64,000 bases of DNA from Eledone cirrhosa. Its lineage: Eukaryota. Below are positions 57,101-64,000 of this stretch, piece after piece. The DNA is taken from positions 8,928,001 through 8,992,000 of the forward strand of contig OZ024756.1 of NCBI GenBank assembly GCA_964016885.1. Direction: 5' to 3'. The position numbers and the translations under genes were made by a program. A model generated the notes under the pieces. The model made no database searches. It was not told the origin of the DNA and was given only the letters and a program-made list of their open reading frames with translations. Numbering within the stretch: position 1 is the first letter of the stretch; every line of letters begins with the position of its first letter.

Positions 57101-60007
57101 TGTACCACCTATAGAACACTGGATACCACCTATAGAACACTGGGTACCAACTATAGAACACTGTGTACCAACTATAGAACACTGGGTGCCAACTATAGAA
57201 CACTGTGTACCAACTATAGAACACTGGATACCACCTATAGAACACTGTGTACCAACTATAGAACACTGTGTACCAACTATAGAACACTGTGTACCACCTA
57301 TAGAACACTGGATACCACCTATAGAACACTGGGTACCAACTATAGAACACTGTGTACAAACTATAGAACACTGGGTGCCAACTATAGAACACTGTGTACC
57401 AACTATAGAACACTGGGTGCCAACTATAGAACACTGTGTACCAACTATAGAACACTGGATACCACCTATAGAACACTGGGTACCAACTATAGAACACTGT
57501 GTACCAACTATAGAACACTGGGTGCCAACTATAGAACACTGTGTACCAACTATAGAACACTGGATACCACCTATAGAACACTGTGTACAAACTATAGAAC
57601 ACTGGGTGCCAACTATAGAACACTGTGTACCAACTATAGAACACTGTGTACCAACTATAGAACACTGGGTGCCAACTATAGAACACTGGGTGCCAACTAT
57701 AGAACACTGTGTACCAACTATAGAACACTGGATACCACCTATAGAACACTGTGTACCAACTATAGAACACTGTGTACCAACTATAGAACACTGTGTACCA
57801 ACTATAGAACACTGTGTACCACCCATAGAACACTGTGTAACACCTATAGAACACTGGATACCAACTATAGAACACTGGGTACCAACTATAGAACACTGGG
57901 TGCCACCTATAGAACACTGTGTAACACCTATAGAACACTGTGTACCAACTATAGAACACTGTGTACCAACTATAGAACACTGTGTACCAACTATAGAACA
58001 CTGGGTGCCAACTATAGAACACTGGGTGCCAACTATAGAACACTGGGTGCCAACTATAGAACACTGTGTAACACCTATAGAACACTGGGTACCAACTATA
58101 GAACACTGTGTACCAACTATAGAACACTGTGTAACACCTATAGAACACTGGGTACCAACTATAGAACACTGTGTACCAACTATAGAACACTGTGTAACAC
58201 CTATAGAACACTGGGTACCAACTATAGAACACTGTGTACCAACTATAGAACACTGTGTAACACCTATAGAACACTGGGTACCAACTATAGAACACTGTGT
58301 ACCAACTATAGAACACTGGGTGCCAACTATAGAACACTGTGTACCACCTATAGAACACTGGATACCACCTATAGAACACTGGGTACCAACTATAGAACAC
58401 TGTGTACCAACTATAGAACACTGGGTGCCAACTATAGAACACTGTGTACCAACTATAGAACACTGTGTACCAACTATAGAACACTGGGTGCCAACTATAG
58501 AACACTGTGTACCAACTATAGAACACTGTGTACCAACTATAGAACACTGGGTGCCAACTATAGAACACTGTGTACCAACTATAGAACACTGTGTACCAAC
58601 TATAGAACACTGGGTGCCAACTATAGAACACTGTGTACCAACTATAGAACACTGTGTACCAACTATAGAACACTGGGTGCCAACTATAGAACACTGTGTA
58701 CCAACTATAGAACACTGTGTACCACCCATAGAACACTGTGTACCAACTATAGAACACTGTGTACCAACTATAGAACACTGGGTGCCAACTATAGAACACT
58801 GTGTACCAACTATAGAACACTGTGTACCAACTATAGAACACTGGGTGCCAACTATAGAACACTATGTACCAACTATAGAACACTGTGTACCACCTATAGA
58901 ACACTGGATACCACCTATAGAACACTGGGTACCAACTATAGAACACTGTGTACCAACTATAGAACACTGTGTACCAACTATAGAACACTGGGTGCCAACT
59001 ATAGAACACTGTGTACCAACTATAGAACACTGTGTACCAACTATAGAACACTGGGTGCCAACTATAGAACACTGTGTACCACCTATAGAACACTGGATAC
59101 CACCTATAGAACACTGGGTACCAACTATAGAACACTGTGTACCAACTATAGAACACTGTACCAACTATAGAACACTGTGTACCAACTATAGAACACTGTG
59201 TACCACCTATAGAACACTGGGTACCAACTATAGAACACTGTGTACCAACTATAGAACACTGGGTGCCAACTATAGAACACTGTGTACCACCTATAGAACA
59301 CTGGATACCACCTATAGAACACTGGGTGCCAACTATAGAACACTGTGTACCAACTATAGAACACTGTGTACCAACTATAGAACACTGTGTACCAACTATA
59401 GAACACTGTGTACCACCTATAGAACACTGGATACCACCTATAGAACACTGGGTACCAACTATAGAACACTGTGTACCAACTATAGAACACTGGGTGCCAA
59501 CTATAGAACACTGTGTACCAACTATAGAACACTGTGTACCAACTATAGAACACTGTGTACCACCTATAGAACACTGGATACCACCTATAGAACACTGGGT
59601 ACCAACTATAGAACACTGTGTACCAACTATAGAACACTGGGTGCCAACTATAGAACACTGTGTACCAACTATAGAACACTGGGTACCAACTATAGAACAC
59701 TGTATACCAACTATAGAACACTGTGTACCAACTATAGAACACTGGGTGCCAACTATAGAACACTGTGTAACACCTATAGAACACTGTGTACCACCTATAG
59801 AACACTGTGTACCAACTATAGAACACTGTGTACCACCTATAGAACACTGGATACCACCTATAGAACACTGTGTACCAACTATAGAACACTGGGTGCCAAC
59901 TATAGAACACTGTGTACCAACTATAGAACACTGTGTACCAACTATAGAACACTGTGTACCAACTATAGAACACTGGGTGCCAACTATAGAACACTGGGTG
60001 CCACCTA
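45152..60007. repeat. 19/21-bp minisatellite array, ~700 copies
   Basis: Constant core CTATAGAACACT plus a variable part (GTGTACCAC, GTGTAACAC, GTGTACCAA, GGATACCAC, GGGTGCCAA, or 19-mer GTACCAC). Confidence 0.98.
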
Positions 60008-60176
60008 GAGTTAAACCCAATAACCCAGACCACTAACAACAAATATACTGCACAGTAGGAAGATAGTTTCTTCTGCTTGTCAATCTCACAACCCATCCCA
60101 CCGTCTTGTACATTATAGCTATCATAGTGTCTGTAGATTAACACAATCGGTAGAGCGCCGTTCGTGGATTGACGCA

Positions 60177-60234
<58 letters not shown>

Positions 60235-60269
60235 TAAATGACAATCAAAGAGTTTTTAGAACATTTAAT

Positions 60270-60316
60270 CACTGACGATCGTTTCATCCTAGCACAAGAC
60301 TGGAATCATCGGAGTA
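60270..60316 (-). ncRNA. Hammerhead motif (CCGAUGA variant)
   Basis: Minus strand: tact-CCGATGA-ttccagtcttgtgctaggat-GAAA-cgatcg-TC-agtg; palindromic ACGATCGT stem III, GUC triplet, ~40 bp from (TA)n. Confidence 0.65.
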
Positions 60317-61090
60317 GATAATGCAGGTCAAACACAAATATAATATCAGAACTTTGTCACAAGAACATTAGGATGATACATAATATGGGAGGCCAGATAA
60401 GTATAAGTATCAACATTTATATAAGATAATAGAGGTGGAAGAAGCATATGAAGAATATGAGCAGATAAATACAATAAAATTTAGGAACAGATAAAATCAT
60501 TAAAAATTTTAAAAATATGCCCTAACAGAAAAGTGATAAAACATGCTGCAACAGAAAGGTTAAGTACAGTGAAAGACATATATCATATGAAGTAAAGAAA
60601 ATTAATAAAATAAGAGGAGGCATGTAATTCAAATATAAATTTAAAAATACATCTCCAAAAAATATTTTTAATAATGCATTTAAAAAGGTTCGACTGTAAT
60701 TCAGTCATAATAATAATAATAATTGTATTGTATTTTGGCTCTGTAATATACTTGTTATTTTACATTGAGCTACTCTCATACTTGTAACTGGATATTATAT
60801 ATTATTACCCACATTATATATACTTATATATATAGCTACAATTATATATACGTGTGTGTGTGTATATATATTTATATATATGAAAAAATATATCTTTTTT
60901 TTACAAAAATAATATAAAAACTGTAATTCATTATAATAAACAGTACAAAGGACTGTTTCATACTTCTTTGAAAGATTTTCCAAACAAGCAAGTGTACAAA
61001 ATCCTATTGTGTTTAAAAATAATAATTGTTTCTACTTGAAGCAAATTATTCATTAATGTAATTACCAAATAGGTTTTTACATTAAATATA

Positions 61091-61132
61091 GATTTACGAA
61101 CGTTTCGTCCCTTATTGGGACTTATCAAAATC
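61091..61132 (-). ncRNA. Degenerate hammerhead motif
   Basis: Minus strand: gatt-TTGATAA-gtccc aataa gggac-GAAA-cgttcg-TA-aatc; stems intact, two core substitutions. Confidence 0.6.
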
Positions 61133-61284
61133 AGTTATTTATAAGTAAATATCTTATTATAAAACTCACCAGACGGCTCTACAGCTCACAGTCAGAGAGT
61201 TTGCTTAAATGTATATATACACACATATACACACACATATATATGAGAGAGCTAAAGATAGAGCACCGTTTGTGGATTGACAAA

Positions 61285-61475
61285 ATCGGTAGAGCGTCGG
61301 ACAACATGGTTTATGGCATAGAAGTACAGTCCTTTATGTTCTGAGTTCAAATCCCGTCGGGGTCAACTTTGCCTTTAATCTTTCAAGCCCGATAATATAA
61401 ATTACCAGCCAAGAACTGGGGTTGCTTCAGTCTCCTCTCCCTAAATTGCTGGCCTTGTGCCTAAATCAGAAACCA
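61285..61475 (+). mobile_element. Octopus-type SINE
   Basis: GAGTTCAAATCCC..GGGGTCAACTTTGCCTTT core. Confidence 0.75.
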
Positions 61476-61939
61476 AACTTACAAGGGTGATACGATAAAC
61501 AGAAAAGCACCAGTTTCCCCACTGGTGCCCGTCTTAAGCACTGCGTGTGTCGTGTACAGTCGTTAATGGGGGGGGGGGACTGTTATTGATTTAACATATA
61601 GAGAGTTTTACACATACACGTATATATATGCACACACATATGCTTACGTATACACATGCACACGTGCGCACATAGATATATTCATGCATGCATACATACA
61701 TAATGCATGCATACGTACATAATGCATATATACACACATACATAATGAATATATACACACATACATACGTACATAATGCATATATACACACATACATACG
61801 TACATAATGCATATATACACACATACATCCGTACATAATGAATATATACACACATACATCCGTACATAATGCATATATACACACATACATCCGTACATAA
61901 TGCATATATGCATACATCCATACACACATCCATACGTAC

Positions 61940-62122
61940 ATAATTGTTTCTACTTTAGGCACAAGGCCAGCAATTACCCAGTTCATTACTGGTATTTTAT
62001 TTTATCGACCCCGTAAGGATGAAAAGCAAAGTCAACCTCGGCGGGATTTGAACTCAGATCGTAAAGCGAGGTAACTATGCTGGAAAGCATGGCGTCCGAC
62101 CCTCTACCGATACTGCCAATCC
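61940..62122 (-). mobile_element. Octopus-type SINE
   Basis: Reverse complement of the 11683-type SINE; closely matches 36690-36875. Confidence 0.8.
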
Positions 62123-63076
62123 ACACGTACATAATGAATATATATATGCAGACATACATACATACATGGTGGCTGCCAACTCGTTTTCGAGTACGGCCAC
62201 TACTTTATATCCATGTAGGAGAACCCCTACCGATGCGCTGAACGAATGTGACTTTTTAGTCCAGCCAGCGACTTGAAAACTCTGGTACAAAGACTACACT
62301 TGTGACCATTATTGACACATAGTGCTGGGCCCATGGTACCATGTGATGATAAGTGCAGAGAGATCTCCAGATATAAAGCAATACCTGTACCATGAAGCTT
62401 TTATAGTGAGCAAAGGCACTGCACAAAGCCAGTCCCACTCTCTTAACCAAGATGATATTTACCAAAAAGAAGAACAAGTCAACATCATTGGATACCATCA
62501 GGGTTGCAGGTGTTATATCAGTTTTCCTTCTCCTAGAATTCTGCCTTGACAAAGGCTAAGGGGTCATCTCTCCCAGTGATTTTGGATGGCCATTAACTCT
62601 TAAGAGATCCATTGCCCTTTGACAGGTTTTGTTTTTAGTTCTGCAGGATGTCTAAAGTCACCCTCTTCACCAAGAAACCTTGGTGGGGTTGCCAGTTTAG
62701 TCGCCAACGACCCGACCATGGGACAGGTTGTACATACATACATACATACATACATACATACATACATACATACATACATACATACATACGTACGTACGTA
62801 CGTATGTATGTATGTATGTATGTTACACAAATTTTCTCCTTGGCCAGCTTGCATTCTGAGAACTTAAATCTTAAAAAAAGCGATAGACGTTCCATACGAG
62901 ATATATGTCTTCTAGACAGACCAGCTAAGCAGTGCTTACCCACCCTGGGACATTTCACTCAGTCACTCTGACATGGATAAAATGAAATTAAAGAAACTGG
63001 TCTGGCACTTCATTGGTTCAATCCTCTGTATTTATCTCAAAATAAATATATTATCTTGGGCCAAGATGTTCATAGA

Positions 63077-64000
63077 TCAATCAAAAACGTCCCCGCAGCT
63101 GGTACAGTCGGTTGTTGGGTGTGTCACACTAGATGTGCCACTGGTAGAGTCGGTTGTTGGGGGTGTCACACTAGATGTGTCACTGGTAGAGCCAGTCGCT
63201 GGGTGTGTCACACTAGATGTGCCACTGGTACAGCAAGTCGCTGGGTGTGTCACACTAGATGTGTCACTGGTAGAGTCGGTTGTTGGGGGTGTCACACTAG
63301 ATGTGTCACTGGTAGAGCCAGTCGCTGGGTGTGTCACACTAGATGTGCCACTGGTACAGCAAGTCGCTGGGTGTGTCACACTAGATGTGTCACTGGTAGA
63401 GTCGGTTGTTGGGGGTGTCACACTAGATGTGTCACTGGTAGAGCCAGTCGCTGGGTGTGTCACACTAGATGTGCCACTGGTACAGCAAGTCGCTGGGTGT
63501 GTCACACTAGATGTGCCACTGGTAGAGTCGGTTGTTGGGGGTGTCACACTAGATGTGTCACTGGTAGAGCCAGTCGCTGGGTGTGTCACACTAGATGTGC
63601 CACTGGTACAGCAAGTCGCTGGGTGTGTCACACTAGATGTGTCACTGGTACAGCTAGTCGCTGGGGGTGTCACACTAGATGTGTCACTGGTACAGCTAGT
63701 CGCTGGGGGTGTCACACTAGATGTGCCACTGGTACAGCAAGTCGCTGGGTGTGTCACACTAGATGTGTCACTGGTACAGCTAGTCGCTGGGTGTGTCACA
63801 CTAGATGTGTCACTGGTACAGCTAGTCGCTGGGGGTGTCACACTAGATGTGCCACTGGTAGAGCCAGTCGCTGGGTGTGTCACACTAGATGTACCACTGG
63901 TAGAGCCAGTCGCTGGGTGTGTCACACTAGATGTGCCACTGGTAGAGCCAGTCGCTGGGGGTGTCACACTAGATGTGCCACTGGTAGAGCCAGTCGCTGG
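63077..64000 (-). CDS. Possible mucin-like Pro/Thr/Ser repeat exon (5' end outside window)
   Basis: Open frame of 14-aa repeats (TPPATGSTSGTSSV) ending SCGDVFD-stop. No indels, but no independent coding evidence. Confidence 0.3.
   Translation of the reverse strand, partial: PATGSTSGTSSVTPPATGSTSGTSSVTHPATGSTSGTSSVTHPATGSTSGTSSVTPPATSCTSDTSSVTHPATSCTSDTSSVTHPATCCTSGTSSVTPPATSCTSDTSSVTPPATSCTSDTSSVTHPATCCTSGTSSVTHPATGSTSDTSSVTPPTTDSTSGTSSVTHPATCCTSGTSSVTHPATGSTSDTSSVTPPTTDSTSDTSSVTHPATCCTSGTSSVTHPATGSTSDTSSVTPPTTDSTSDTSSVTHPATCCTSGTSSVTHPATGSTSDTSSVTPPTTDSTSGTSSVTHPTTDCTSCGDVFD
63099..64000. repeat. 42-bp minisatellite, >=21 copies, runs off the window
   Basis: Unit CTGGTAGAGCCAGTCGCTGGGTGTGTCACACTAGATGTGCCA with a 3-unit (126-bp) higher-order period. 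Confidence 0.96.

Noticed and set aside
45152-60007. Very long ORFs (up to 1329 aa) and a CRISPR-like constant/variable layout
   Set aside because: A 21-bp unit leaves several frames open on both strands and 19-mers break them; the variable parts are few, short and recurrent rather than unique spacers; no cas genes; eukaryotic context.

Overview
Repeat-dominated eukaryotic DNA, most likely an octopus genome (inferred from recognisable octopus-type tRNA-derived SINEs and extreme microsatellite density). No intact host protein-coding gene can be supported; nearly all listed ORFs are translations of tandem repeats. About half the window is two satellite arrays. One is a ~17.3 kb array of a 71-bp unit that I trace to the last codons of an RTE LINE reverse-transcriptase ORF. 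The other is a ~14.9 kb array of a 19/21-bp unit. Reading the unique spacers by eye shows a dense set of minimal type I hammerhead ribozyme (HHR) motifs (CUGANGA-stem II-GAAA-stem III-NUH, stem III often palindromic): about a dozen complete or degenerate copies plus several half-motifs. They sit in short Penelope-like element (PLE) relics next to (TA)n tracts, often as fold-back inverted repeats; one relic keeps a GIY-YIG endonuclease remnant between inverted HHR-bearing terminal repeats. Also present are Tx1/L1 and RTE LINE remnants, hAT and Tc1/mariner-type MITEs, SINE-derived minisatellites, a 200-N gap, and an indel-free 42-bp Pro/Thr/Ser-coding repeat at the right edge. All calls were made by eye; no searches or folding programs were run.
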